From Camelus dromedarius (Eukaryota), in contig NC_087447.1 of assembly GCF_036321535.1 (NCBI RefSeq), forward strand, positions 46,874,001 to 46,938,000: a stretch of 64,000 nt of DNA, given 5' to 3'. Numbering within the stretch: position 1 is the stretch's first letter; each line of letters opens with the position of its first letter. The position numbers and the translations under genes were made by a program. The notes beneath the pieces are model-generated. The model did no database searches, had not been told where the DNA came from, and saw only the letters and a program-made list of their open reading frames with translations. This document shows, piece by piece, positions 40,289 to 51,630 of this stretch.

Positions 40289-43200
40289 CCCGCCCCTTCG
40301 CCTCTCTCTTCTACTCAGCACCTCAGCAGCTCAGGAAGCACCTTAGAAAACAACTTGGAAAATGGGCATCTTGAATTTCTGACCCTCCCTTTGAAAATTT
40401 CCCACCAGGTTATAAAACTACAGTAGTTAAACCAAGAACATAGATCATTACCCCTGGACACATCTACTGCTCTTGTCATCAGGCCAAGGAAATTTGTCTC
40501 CTTAAAAGCAAAAGCTCCTTGATCAATTCTTAAGTCCAAAAAAAGCATGCTGCACCCTACTGTATGTTACAACTTGAGGCTGTCTCACCTAGCTGCCTCT
40601 ATTTTAATGATGTTAAAATTAAACTGTAGGTTAGGTATTGCCTGCCTAATGTTGTACTGGGCATTGATGTTAATTGTCTAGATCTATTACTTTCATCAGG
40701 GTTTGCAGAATGTTGATTTATAGGTGGTGCATAACTCCACCTATGAAGTATTCTTGAAAAAAATCTTAGGCTAATTAAGTTTAGATTTAATCACCAGTTT
40801 ACAGGCAATGGGGGGAAAAAGAAGAACAAGTTAAGCAGTATCATGATGATGCAATTAACAAAAGTCAGAATTTAGGCAGTTCTATGGGATAAAAAAAAAA
40901 GGAGTGGGGTATGGAGGTAGAAATGAGTAGGAAGTAATACTGGTAGGAGGAGATGGGCCCCTGATGAAAGCTCTTGAATACCACAGCTAAACAGTTTTAA
41001 TTTCAACCTCCTAACAGCAAAGAGTCACTGAGGTCCAACAGCTCTGGAGCACCACGATGAAAGCAGGATGGAGAAAGGTTGCCGAGATCACATGTACAGG
41101 AATACCCTGGAATAAGGATAGGTCAGAGCCCCAGAGCAGGCTCCCAGAATACTGTGAGAGCATGGAGACTTGAAGGCACAAGAGTGAGGAAGCCTTAGGA
41201 TGAGACAAGAGTGAAACCTCCCCCGTAGAGACACACAGTGACTGAAGGATGAGTTCTTGCCTCTGGGTCCCACCCTGGCTTACGATATCCCAATCGCGCC
41301 TGTGTTTTCTGGTCATAGTTGTCTGCAAGGAAAGGGAGTAAACGCAGTCCCCACCCCGGCATGCAGCTTCACTGAGAGGCTGAAGAGGAATGTGTTACAA
41401 ACTCACATGCTGTCAATGATCTTGATGAAGACACTGCAGTCCTGGAGCTGAAGCACAGCCTGCACTGGGTCAGCCACACGCAGACTGTTCACCTGTGACA
41501 CAAAAGGAAAAGCCTGGTGAACCCAGCGTAGGTACAAGAAGCACTGTGTGTCACTCCTTTCCCTAGATATTGACAATTCTGCTTGCGAGTGCCTACAGCT
41601 GTAGCTAATGGAATGAAGAAACAGGTGATTCTAGGACTATTAATTCCAGCAAAGGAATGCTGCTGCACCCAAACATCCACTGACAGCCACCTGAATGCTG
41701 CCATAAGAGTCCTTCCTTTGGCTTCAACTAAATAAGACCTTAAATTCTCCTAGGATGTTCCAGCACTTGGGATATACCTTAAACATAATTAGGCATAAAA
41801 TTGTTCTAGGATATACTGATAGTTTGTAGAAGAAACTCATACCACCATTGCCTCTAGAGAGAAGAATTTGATGGCTGGGAGTCAGAGGTGGGAAAAAGAA
41901 AGGCTTTTTATATTTTACAGCCGTTTGTATCTCTTGAATATTTACACTGTAAACCTTTGTGGCTCAAACTTTCACATTATAGCCCTTTTTATATCTTTTG
42001 AATTTTGAAATATTGATTCAAAATTTAGCTTAAATATTACACGTATTTTATACACTCCCACCCAGATATAAAATCTTGTTATTAATGCATTTTAAAATTC
42101 TTTCCAGACATAAAACTTTGGCTAAGGCAGGGAGAAATAATGGCGGAACAAAATAATAAAGAAAAAAGGAGGGAGGAAGGGAAAAAAGAGCTAGGAACCC
42201 CAAAGAAAAACTTATCAATTCTGATTCAATCGTACGTTCCCTTTTTTTGCCTTCAGACAGGCATTCATCTAAATCAGTCTTTACCACTAGAAAGTTCACC
42301 AGCAGTCACATGCAAATGAATCAGATACATAGGTTATTCAACAAGCATCTATGGCTGCCTTCTAGAGGAAAACCTCATGAGTTCCAAAGGTACCAAGTTC
42401 AGAAGCCTGGGTGGAAGTTTACCTTTGTATTACCTTATTAGGAAGGAAAGGTTTGCTAAGTCAATCCCATATGCAGGACAGAGGGAAGACAGAGATATTC
42501 TACTTTACAAGGTATTTTAAAAAAACCTCAGAATAGTGGTTATGTGCAAATGAGTAGATTCTATCGCTTATAAGTGTGCTTCTTTATTTTTTAATTAAAG
42601 TATAGTTAATGTACAATGGTGTGTTAGTTTCAAGTGTACAGCACAGTGGTTCAGTATTTTTGAAAATTATATTCCATTATAGGTTTTTACAGTTATAATG
42701 GGTATAACTCCCTCTGCCATACAGTAAATCCTTGTTGCTTATCTATTTTATATATAGTAGTTTGTATCTGTTAATCTCATACCCCTAATTTATCTCTTCC
42801 CCTTAAATGTGCTCTTTCAAAGGAACTGGGCTCGGGGCTCCCAGACAAGGATTCAGAGTCCAGCTCCTCCACTAACTTGCCAAGAACCTTTGTTACCAAC
42901 TTTCTTTCTATACCTATCTTCTCACTTGTCAAATGGATGGAATCCCCACCTTATCTACCTTAAGGGATCAGTGTGTGTTCAAGTGGGACTGTGGATGCAA
43001 GAACACGTTAAAAAAATAAAAGTACTAAATGCAAAGCACTATTATGGTTAATAAAATTAAAATAATGAAGTAGATCTAGCAAAATTTCTACTTCTTAGTA
43101 GTTAAATTAGCTGCCTGCTCTGGAGGACAAAAGGATTAAAAAAAAATCAGTGATTCAGCTACGGAAACTATAGTATTTACTTCCATTAAATACTTTTATA

Positions 43201-45920
43201 TTAAGAATACTTTCTAGATAAATCTAAATTAAAATAGGTTGAAAGTAAAAAAGTTTTTAAAGAGTGGACTATAGGGGGGTTACAGCTCAGTGGTAGAGTT
43301 CGTGCCTAGCATGCACGAGGTCCTGGGTTCAATACCCAATCCCTCCATTAAAAAAAAAAGATAATAATTAAATAAATAAACCTAATTACCTCTCCCCTAA
43401 CAAAAACAAGTAAATAAAAAGATAAAATTTTTAAAAAGAGTGGAATATAAAATATGACCTTTCATTGGAGTCTTAAAGATAATAATTTATATCATCTTTG
43501 GGGGGGGACTAAATCTTATTAGAAAAGACCAGTGAGAATTCTCTAGGAAGATTCTGAATATTCCAGGCCAAGGTCCTTCTCTACCTGCTGAAAATGAAGA
43601 GACTGCCAAGACTTAAGCATCCCAAAATCATTTTCTTTTAATACCTGCAATCTAGGTAAAACATTCAAGGACTGTGAATGCTTGTTCACTAACAAGATTG
43701 AAAAAAAAAAAAAAATACCAGGAGAAGGGTATAAGCTCAGTGGTAGAGTGCATGTTTAGCATGCGTGAAGTCCTGGGTTCAAGCTCTAGTACCTCCATTA
43801 AAATAATAATAAATGAATAAATAAACCTAATTACCCCTCAAAAAACAGAAAAAAATCATACCAGCTAGCTGATTTAAAGTTACCTAAGGAATCTAGATTC
43901 ATCTCATACCAGTTAAGTAATAATCCAGCAACTGTTTCTTTCATGAAAATAAAAATGTATTTTCTTCCTGTGCATTATTTTGCTCTCAAAAGAGAAATCA
44001 TTTGAAAGTTGAGGAACTGGAGAAGCTCTTTCATCTCTTGTCAGGGTATAAAATGTGAGTGAAGGCTGAGCTCACTCAAGAACCCAGGAGCTGCCTGTAA
44101 GGTTTTCAGGGTCATTTAAGGTTGTTGAATCTTAAAGTTCCCCATTCTCTGTAACAATTTGTTCACTATGATTACTGGATACAGAATAATTTCAACCCAG
44201 ATTTTAAGTTAAATGAAATATACATTTATTTTTACATTATAAAATAAATTACTGAAAATCTGGGGGGGAAAAACATTTTTTCCAGTATTTTCAACACATG
44301 CACTTTTAGCATTTTCATTTTACTTCCTTCTAGTCTTTCTTCCTAGGTTATTTTTTAAAAATCACAGCTGTGATTATCACGTGCGTATGCTTGTGTGTGC
44401 TCTATGCCACTCTTCTCACTAACATAACAAGCATCATTTCATGTAGTTAGTGTCATAAAATCCATTTTAGCTGCCTAACTTGTTTAAACTGAAAAATTAT
44501 ATGCAAATAAATTATATGCAACTATATCTTAATATACTAATGCATGTTCATTGTGATTTTTGAGAAAAGTATATAAGTATCTGCTGTTAAATAAAACTAG
44601 TCTTGTATGTGTTCTTCTCTGTAAAGGTAGTAGTCACTATAAAAACAAGTCTAGGACCAAAATAATAAACTGATAAAACAATGTGGTTAAAAGGTCCCCT
44701 AATACTCAGTTAATTCAGTGAACCAGACATACAGATATACCCCAACCAGCCTTTTCTTGGGACTGAGAGGAGGATAGGGACAAGATAATGTTTCTAACCC
44801 AGAAACACTGAAATGTAAGTATAAAATATAAATATACCCATTTTAAACTATACAACTAAAATTTGCATCTATTTCAGAAACTGAAGACTAAGAATACACA
44901 TTTTGTACATTAAACACGTATTCCTGACTAAAGATTTGAAAGTGATTAAAGACAATGTCTTATTAAATCCACCCTACTTGGAAATTAAAAATTTTCCTTA
45001 AAATAGTCCATAATTTTTAAGTTGGCTCTTTAACTGGCCCTAACTGATTAGTAGTCAGGGTGACTACAAAATACCCTGTGCCAAATAGCACGCCCAGGCA
45101 ATATTTCTATAGTTAAGTGTTTTTTACACACATTATCTCATTATCCTTATAATAACTCCATGAGGCATTACTATTACTTTTATTATTATTATCTCCATTT
45201 TTAAAATGATGTGCTAAGAGGCTAAGTAACTTGTCTTGGGTCACACAGACACATCAGAGCAGTGATTCTAAGCAGAGTTATCTGAACTTAAGGCTCATGC
45301 ATGTCATGTCACCATCACCATCTGTGGCCTCTTCTGTTTCTCTGTAGCTTTAAGTTCCCAATGCTCAGTATTATTTTTTCATTGGCCATAGTCTTAGGCA
45401 GAAGTACATGAAAAGACCTAGCAGAAGGATTTTGGTGAAGTGATCAAGAAGGCACCAGGAGGTCAATGGAAGCTGACAGAAAGACAGTAAAGAAAGCAAG
45501 GAGAACCTTGCCCTGAGATTAAAGGCCTTTCAAGACTAAAGTCCTTACACGTCAGTGAAATTCAGTGTCAACTCGATTTCAGAAAAATGCACAAGGAGCA
45601 AATGAAGATGGGTTTCCATGCTGTTCTACAGCCACCCTTCCCATGACTAAAAGGGAATATATACATCAGAGAAGCCTTTTCTAAACTACACAAGTTGAGT
45701 CATGGACCACTTGTCAGCAACAATATCAGCAGAAATCATAAAAGTTAAAAACTCAGAGAAAAGGCAAAGGAAAACTGAATTTCCCTTGTCTATCTGGAGA
45801 GAAGACTCTACATAGCCCTGGCCCCAGGAAAACTTTTCTGGAGAAGGATGGCAGACAAAGGAGAGGAAGACCACTCACCCAAGACAGGAGTGCAGCCACC
45901 CGGGTGGCATGGAGCGTCAT
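18167..45920 (-). CDS. NUMA1: Nuclear mitotic apparatus protein 1, complete CDS, 25 coding exons, 6378 nt / 2125 aa
   Basis: MTLHATRVAALLSWVNSL N-terminal CH/Hook-like head; long coiled coil; tail with DSLD caspase site, RTQPDG tankyrase motif, RNSFYMGTCQDEPEQLDDW LGN-binding motif, RKR NLS and NTPKK CDK site; ends AKH*. All introns GT-AG and exon phases sum in frame. Confidence 0.97.
18549..18770 (-). CDS. NUMA1: NUMA1 coding exon 24
   Basis: ADRRQSMAFSILNTPKKLGN...PRAKVK. Confidence 0.95.
18882..18998 (-). CDS. NUMA1: NUMA1 coding exon 23
   Basis: SKKATSCFPRPMTPRDRHEGRRQ...VVKQ. Confidence 0.95.
19201..19377 (-). CDS. NUMA1: NUMA1 coding exon 22 (NLS)
   Basis: PSLSLPTITDEE...RRASMQP...RQQRKRVS...GTPE. 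Confidence 0.95.
19734..19870 (-). CDS. NUMA1: NUMA1 coding exon 21 (LGN-binding segment)
   Basis: GRNSFYMGTCQDEPEQLDDWNRIAELQQRN...PLESR. Confidence 0.95.
20491..20719 (-). CDS. NUMA1: NUMA1 coding exon 20
   Basis: KLDVEEPDSANSSFYST...SSGAPP. Confidence 0.95.
21532..21778 (-). CDS. NUMA1: NUMA1 coding exon 19
   Basis: KLPRTQPDGTS...ESLESLYFTPI...QIINITMTK. Confidence 0.95.
23137..23294 (-). CDS. NUMA1: NUMA1 coding exon 18
   Basis: VAHADQQLRDLGKF...SIDSLDLSCEEGAPLTIT. Confidence 0.95.
23388..23606 (-). CDS. NUMA1: NUMA1 coding exon 17
   Basis: MEKAKTHYDAKK...RSLEAQ. Confidence 0.95.
23687..23797 (-). CDS. NUMA1: NUMA1 coding exon 16
   Basis: AQGGESQQEAQRL...EHYKLQ; acceptor ctttccag. 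Confidence 0.9.
24756..24947 (+). mobile_element. MER3 (hAT-Charlie) non-autonomous DNA transposon
   Basis: gatggaaatgttctgtatct...ctagccacacatggctattgagca...ggctagtgtgactgaggaactgaa. Confidence 0.8.
25116..25184 (-). CDS. NUMA1: NUMA1 coding exon 15
   Basis: VEELSKKLADHDQASKVQQQKLK. Confidence 0.94.
26676..26717 (-). CDS. NUMA1: NUMA1 coding exon 14 (42-nt cassette exon)
   Basis: VEQLEVFQREQTKQ, phase 0/0, cag|...|GTAATG. Confidence 0.9.
27175..30573 (-). CDS. NUMA1: NUMA1 coding exon 13 (3399-nt coiled-coil exon)
   Basis: 1133 open codons LETLKQE...RQKLTAQ; contains most of the 1197-aa ORF in the track. Confidence 0.97.
30727..30849 (-). CDS. NUMA1: NUMA1 coding exon 12
   Basis: KCFEEKNEILQGKL...EVLGDVLQ. 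Confidence 0.94.
31250..31660. mobile_element. Two adjacent MIR SINE relics
   Basis: Core motifs gttaagtgccttgccc and gtcaagtaacttgttcaagacccaca. Other MIR-like relics near 4070-4290, 9340-9515, 22400-22590, 24100-24330, 45100-45290, 46300-46500, 52680-53000, 54950-55200 and 58660-58890. Confidence 0.65.
31806..31946 (-). CDS. NUMA1: NUMA1 coding exon 11
   Basis: LREFASHLQQLQGALNEL...TALQDK. Confidence 0.94.
32007..32048. repeat. Dispersed 42-nt repeat, copy 1 (copy 2 at 33776-33818)
   Basis: 34-nt identical core AGGGTGAACAGATTTGCATCTTTATGCAATTTGA. Confidence 0.95.
32334..32451 (-). CDS. NUMA1: NUMA1 coding exon 10
   Basis: LTIRLHETLKQCQDLKTEK...GDLSFK. Confidence 0.94.
32549..32666 (-). 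CDS. NUMA1: NUMA1 coding exon 9
   Basis: DAQIAMMQQRIDRLALLNEKQ...LRSKNE. Confidence 0.94.
32954..33111 (-). CDS. NUMA1: NUMA1 coding exon 8
   Basis: FLSGSPASPMGDILQTPQFQMRRLKKQL...LLTEK. Confidence 0.94.
33622..33742 (-). CDS. NUMA1: NUMA1 coding exon 7
   Basis: APVPSPCSSTTSEELSPPSHQAKREVRFLELQKVASSSGN. Confidence 0.94.
33776..33818. repeat. Dispersed 43-nt repeat, copy 2 (copy 1 at 32007-32048)
   Basis: Same 34-nt core plus GTTAGTAA. Confidence 0.95.
34939..35026 (-). CDS. NUMA1: NUMA1 coding exon 6
   Basis: AELAVILKFVLDHEDGLNLNEDLENFLQK. Confidence 0.94.
36344..36424 (-). CDS. NUMA1: NUMA1 coding exon 5
   Basis: MTMLLLYHSSMSSRSPRDWEQFEYKIQ. Confidence 0.94.
37021..37103 (-). CDS. NUMA1: NUMA1 coding exon 4
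   Basis: KNRKHPSSPECLVSVQKVMEGSELELAK. Confidence 0.94.
38166..38245 (-). CDS. NUMA1: NUMA1 coding exon 3
   Basis: HGTDEAQQLLQHPVPERLEFVCSFLQ. Confidence 0.94.
40199..40283. repeat. Compound (CA)n(CT)n microsatellite
   Basis: Directly visible. Confidence 0.95.
41407..41492 (-). CDS. NUMA1: NUMA1 coding exon 2
   Basis: VNSLRVADPVQAVLQLQDCSVFIKIIDS. Confidence 0.94.
42590..42800 (-). mobile_element. L1 3' end (artiodactyl type)
   Basis: ttaattaaagtatagttaatgtacaat...tttcaagtgtacagcacagtggttcag. Confidence 0.65.
43274..43434 (+). mobile_element. tRNA-Ala-derived SINE (camelid Vic-1 type)
   Basis: tRNA-like head with A/B boxes, AAATAAACCTAATTACC body, A-rich tail; TSD AAAGAGTGGA[C/A]TATA at 43259-43273 and 43435-43449. 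Confidence 0.9.
43721..43855 (+). mobile_element. tRNA-Ala-derived SINE (Vic-1 type)
   Basis: Same head and body; ATACCA on both flanks. Confidence 0.88.
45879..45920 (-). CDS. NUMA1: NUMA1 coding exon 1 (MTLHATRVAALLSW); exon begins at 45952
   Basis: ACCAAGATG start context; GTGAGT donor. Confidence 0.93.
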
Positions 45921-48900
45921 CTTGGTAAAAGCAGAAAGTCACCCCAATGCACCTGGAACCCAAGAGAAGAACAGTTAATTGTATCAGATATCCATGATGA
46001 AGGAAGAGAGGGAAATGGTTCCATTTACCGGCTCTGAACACTTTTAAATAAATCACTCTTTACTCAGCACTTAATCCACCAGGGCATGATGGGAGTTTTT
46101 AGAGATCTCAGAGTACACATCAAAATTACTCTAAAACTTAACCATGTCAGCTGACAGCAAAGAATCCTGCATTTAATTCAATGCGCACAAGCTATACATA
46201 CAATCTTTTTGTCCCACAGAATATACAACATTCAAAGTTGGCCTTCAATCCTGCTCTTTGGGACATGGTGTCCTTAAAACATGGTACAAACATGGTTTTT
46301 CAGACATATCTAGGTCTGAATGCTGATTCCATGTCACCATGGTCTTGTGACCTTGGACAAGTAACGTAACTTCTTTTAGACTCAGTTTCCTCATTTGTAA
46401 AATGGGATCCACAAAAACCTCTCTGGGTTACTGCGATGCTTCAAGATAAAGCAAATAGCACAGTCCCTGGGATACGGGAGGTATTCAATAAATGATCACT
46501 GTTTTGAAGCAAAAAGGTTGACTTCTGGCTCTCTCTGCAGGTACCCAAACTCTACCCAATTAACAGTAACCAAGTTCTGGGGGAAACCTCTTCACATTCT
46601 GGATTTTTATATCCCCCAAAGAAATGTCAAAGATATGGTTCAAATGAGGGCCCGGATGAAACCAAATTCAATTCTGGCAGAGGTCCCACAGGATATTTAA
46701 TGAGACATTAGGTACTTGTCCTGGTAGTCTTTCTCCCAATTTCCCTTCCCAGTGGGAATCACCCATTTGCCTGCCAACCTGCCCAAGAGACTAGAGACCT
46801 GGTGACTAAATATTCTGTAACACCTCCAAGCAGCCCCCATAATTCCCACAAATCTTCATGAGAGCAATCAGCCCCTGCTCTCCTCCTCCTGCCATAGGTG
46901 TACTCAGTCTGTCGTGACTCTAGAAGGAGGAACAAGAGCCACATCACCTATAACTCTCCCCACACATCAGCATCTCCAAGGTGTGGGTTCTGTGGAACCA
47001 ATATTTGCTAAGCACTTTCTGTATACAAAGTGCTGGGTATAAGAAAGACATCATTCTTGTCCATAAGGTGCTCACTGTCTAGTAGGGGAAAGAGATAAAT
47101 AAATCTGATAATCCATTCCCTATCATCTCTTAAGCCTTCCTATGCAAGTGTACTCTGCTTATCAACCAACCAAAAAAGTTATTTTCTTAGTCCTTACATA
47201 GGTCCATCCTGTGCTGGAAGCTATGTGGGAAATGGGAGACAATGACAAAGTCTCTGCCTTTGAGGGGCTTACAATAGGGTGAGGAGTAAAATTAAACATA
47301 CAAGAAGCAGTAAATAATAGAAGAAAATAATTAAATGCTAAATGTAGCTAAATGCTAATTATAATTGCTTCTTGACCCTGCAAAACCCAATGCGATTCCA
47401 CCTATCATACCAACGTCACAGCCTTGGAAATGAGCCAATTCACCTAGGCTTTCGCAAAAGCAAGTGAAGTGGTTAAAGGAGTTCTCAGGAAAGAGAGAAT
47501 CTAAGGGACCCAAGTGTTCCTCAGTCTTAGATGATAGTCACCCAACATGGCCTATCTATGGGCACTGACTACCTAGCTTCCTAGGTAAGATGAAGACAGG
47601 ATGAAGGCAGATGGGCCTCAACTACTGCACTGCAAAACCTAAAGTTTGGACAACCTAAAGTTAGAAGGACCACGCTTGGTACTTGTAGTGAAGGTGGCAA
47701 TGTCCAAATGCTTTACTGTGACTTCTTTAAAGAAAGAAAAAAAAAAGGTCTGAGCTATTCAGGAACAAGGGAAATGAAGCCCAGATCACCTTCTTTTTAT
47801 CCCCACTGCTGCCTCTAGACTTGCTGTCCTTTTGGTGAGAACCAAAACTTTAGTCAGAAATTTTATTTGCAACCGGAGGCAAATCTTGCTCCCTCTGAGA
47901 GATTCCACAGCTGTGTTGCTAAAAATGACCTGAGGTTTAACCAACCTCTTCCCTTCATCTCAGAGGCAAAACATAAAACCCTCATCTCCTCCCAGGGGAG
48001 CCTGTCTAAAACTAGTTCCACTGCTCAGGAAAATTGGTGTCAAGGCCAAATGCCTTCTTCTGTGCTCCCCAGGCATAGGAACAGGCAGAATCCAATACTC
48101 AACATGAAGGAAAACCTTATCAGCTCAAAGCCCATAAAGGAGCACTTTCTCAGAGACAGGACACTGGGGTGAAAGCCTTTAGGACAACCCAGCCATTCAC
48201 TCTTCAATGAATGACAAGCCAGTGGCACAGCTAGTTAGTCCTCAGCACTGGGACTACAGCTTTAAGCAAGCCTTGGCTGGAAACCCGAGGGCTCCCAGCC
48301 AGAGCACCATCCTCCCCACCCTCCCCCTGAAATCTGAGGCAGGCCCCACCCAGAAGACTGGGTGATGGTGATGGAAAAACAGATCCCCGCGATTGTAGCC
48401 TAGAACCATTTCACAGAAGGATCTGCTAATATCCACCCCAACTCGATCAGGCAACACCCCCCACCCCACTCTCCAGACCCCCAAACCCCCAACAAACAAA
48501 ATTTCAAAATGCAGGCTCCTCTGTGGACACCTTCAGAGTTCCTATCTACCTGTTTCTTTGAAAAGAAGTGAACCCAGAACCCAAAACAGAAGCTTTACAG
48601 AGCTGATAAAGCACCTTCATTTTTTCTCTGGGCTAAAGAAGGAACCAAGACACAGAAGAAGCTGCCTTATAAACTAAAGGCCTTGCATCCTTTTTACATT
48701 TCAAAACGGACATAATGCAACTCCTTCACATCAGGACCAATTCCCACATTTATAGTAGCCCCTTTATGTTTCCAGAGAAGATATATCAGGACAAGGAAAG
48801 TGACACTCAAGAGATACACCATCACTGGGCCTGCACCCTCTCTGGGTCTTAAAGAGTTAAAACCTAGCCCTGGTTTCCTACCAGGACTGAAGCTAATGAA

Positions 48901-51199
48901 AACCACCTGCTCAGATGCAAGGACCAAGACTGGAGGGTCAGGTTGCTGAGCTCTGGGGTCTATTCTGGAAAAGCTTCAGTTTTAAACACTGACCAAGCGA
49001 TAGGCCAAAGGCCAGAAGGTCTGAGTCGTGGCAGCACTGTTCTCCTTACCCCATCCCCTAGTCTGGGTGCCAGCTCCTTTTGAGACCACCTCTTAGCCAC
49101 TTACTGTCCTCCTGAACACCGGCCCTGCTCCAAGATAACACCAAAGTGACCTTTGGTCCCAGACAGCTACAGAACTATACTGATCACTCAGCTCACGGGC
49201 CCTGACCTCTGCTGGACTGTCAGTCTTTTAGGTGCTAGCTCACAGTCCCAGAATTTCAGGGCTCAAAGCCCACACAAACTCCCTCTTCAAAGGGTCCTGC
49301 CCCAAGACCTGACCCCTCTCTACTCCATGATTCCCAAGGCCCACAGTCTCACAGCTCATAAGGGAAATAGCTGTCCCAACTGTGTACCCATGCTCAATGG
49401 CAAGATTTACCGCTTACCCTGACAGCCTGTCTGCCTGTAGCCATAAGAATTCCAAGCTACATAAGCCTTTCTAGAAGAGATAATACACCCCACCAGTGAG
49501 AGAGTCCCCACGTCCAAACAGTGAACACCCTGATCTTGAGGGTGTTCCTCATCCTCTGATAGGTCAGGAGGCACAGGCAAGCAAGTACCTAGACCCCATC
49601 TGGTAGGTCACCCCCAGAGCGGCCCAGCAAAGGCCTCATCATAAAGAACAGAATAGGAAATATCTTGCTAGTATATCCCCTGGCTCAGAGGAGGCAGAAG
49701 GCCCCAAAACCAGCAGCTCTAAGAGAAGCCAATGAGGGAAAAACACAATTCTTCTCAATTCCTGGGGAGTCCTGAGCAGGCTGTCTTGCCCAAGTCCAAA
49801 GGGGTTTCTCTGTACCCCTGCGGGTCGGGGCAAACCAGCTTGCTGGGTGTATTCCCTGGGACCCCTAAGGGGCTCACTGTGGACTCAGGCCTACCCCCTC
49901 TTTACACAGACCACCCCCTCTGTGTAGCCTAGAATTTGGCCCGGAGCCCTGGTGAGGAACAAGGGAAAGACTGCAAGGGAAACCAAGATTTCCCTGGTTT
50001 CTTAAAGGTAGCTTACTACTACTTGCCCTTCCCCCCATGTTCTGTAGTGTCTAGATCAGAAGGATGTGGGCAAAAGGGTTGCAATCATGAACCAGACCTG
50101 GGGCCTGCAGCCACACACTGCACACACACACACTCAAGTCCACTCTAGCAGTTCATCAGCACCTGCCCCCACTGCTGTATTCACACACCCAGTTCCCTAT
50201 CAGCTGAAAAAATGAACCTTTTTTACTCCCCACCACTGCATACACACCCAGGCCTCACTTGGGAATGGAGACGCTCTCCTGAGCTGTCTACAGCGCAACG
50301 TGCAGGCACACACGCTCTCCCCCTCTGAACAAAAACACGCTGACATCTACGCTAGGGGGAAAGAAAGCAACCCTTTGCTCTGAAAGGCGCCAACTCCCGG
50401 ATGTTGGCAAGCTCTGCTCCTAGCGCCTGTTTCTGAGTGTTTACTTGCTTTCCCTCTCCTCTCCCTCCCCTTCAAGGATGGCGCAGGAAAGGGAGGTGGG
50501 GGGGAGAGTCCACCGCACCCCCTCGTCCATGTTTGAACAAAAACCCAGAGAAACAGTGAGGGAGGAAAAGTCTCAGTGCAGGGGGGGCCTTACCAGACTC
50601 CCAAAGCCACACGTATCTACAGGTTTTAATCCGCCATTAGCATTTAAATCTTGAAAGGAGAGGAGGGAGAGGGGGCTAGTGGAAAGTAACCCCACACACA
50701 AAAGAAAAGTTGTTGGTTTTCTTCTCAGTCAGCCTGGCAGGAGCGATCTTCCTGGCTGACAGCCAGAAGTGCGTCACAGCCAGGAGTCTGCTTTCTTTAA
50801 AGGCACAGCAAGCTTCCGCGATCTGGGAGCATAGGCAAAGCAGGGACCCTTCAGCAAGGGGGGAGGGGTGGCAGTCGGGGGCAAGGAAGGAGGGGGCACT
50901 GGAGCACTGGAGAGGAAGGGCTGCTGCAAAGGCTTGGCCCGAAAACAAGAGACTAGGAGGGACGCAAGGGGGGCAGGAGCAGGCAGACAAAAATACTGAA
51001 CTGCAACAGTGGCAAGAGCCAAAGCAAACTGTGGCATAAACACACAAAACACATCTCACAGCGGCCTGCCTGACAAACCTGATATCCCTCGGACACTCCC
51101 CCTTCTCTCTTTTAAGACAGCAGTGACAGCTTGTCCATCTCTGGCCAGCAGCGGAAGGGAAGGCCACGGGGTGCCTTGATGATTAGATCTGCCCTGCCT

Positions 51200-51630
51200 G
51201 GCGGCGAGCAGGGCAAAAAAGGAAGACCCCGTAATAGAGGCTTTGGAGAGCCAGCAAGACGCAGGCCCTTTTAAACGGGGACAGCTTCCTGCCGGCTCCA
51301 GGGCGGGCCGCGTCTGTAAGCACTCACAAGCGCCGCACACAAAGCGCCGGCCTCCTTGCGCGGGCGCCGCCTGCCCTGGGACATGGCCGCCCCCAAGCCC
51401 ATTCCCCGAGGGAATCTCTCCAGCCGTACCTTCTGCGTGGCTAGGCCAGGCCGCTGCGCTGCGCCCGCTCCTCCCCCTCGGCCACCCAAACAAGGAGCCG
51501 GGGCTGACTGCGGCCCCGGAGCGCGGGCCTGCGCGGTCCTGTCCGGGTGGCTGCGCGCTATTGTCGACTGTGGAATGGCCGCCAAAATCCCAGCTGTGCT
51601 GCCAGAACCTAATCCCCTGTTCCGCTGAGC
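51200..51630. promoter_or_regulatory. CpG island in the NUMA1 5' intron; probable alternative promoter
   Basis: Abrupt GC- and CpG-dense block with a GC box (GGGCGG near 51301) in otherwise CpG-poor sequence; minus-strand donors at 51429 and 50593. Confidence 0.75.

Noticed and set aside
43274..43350. tRNA-Ala(AGC) gene calls here and at about 43721, 59827 and 61793
   Set aside because: Broken stems, shared downstream body, A-tails, TSDs and no T-run terminator indicate SINEs, not tRNA genes.
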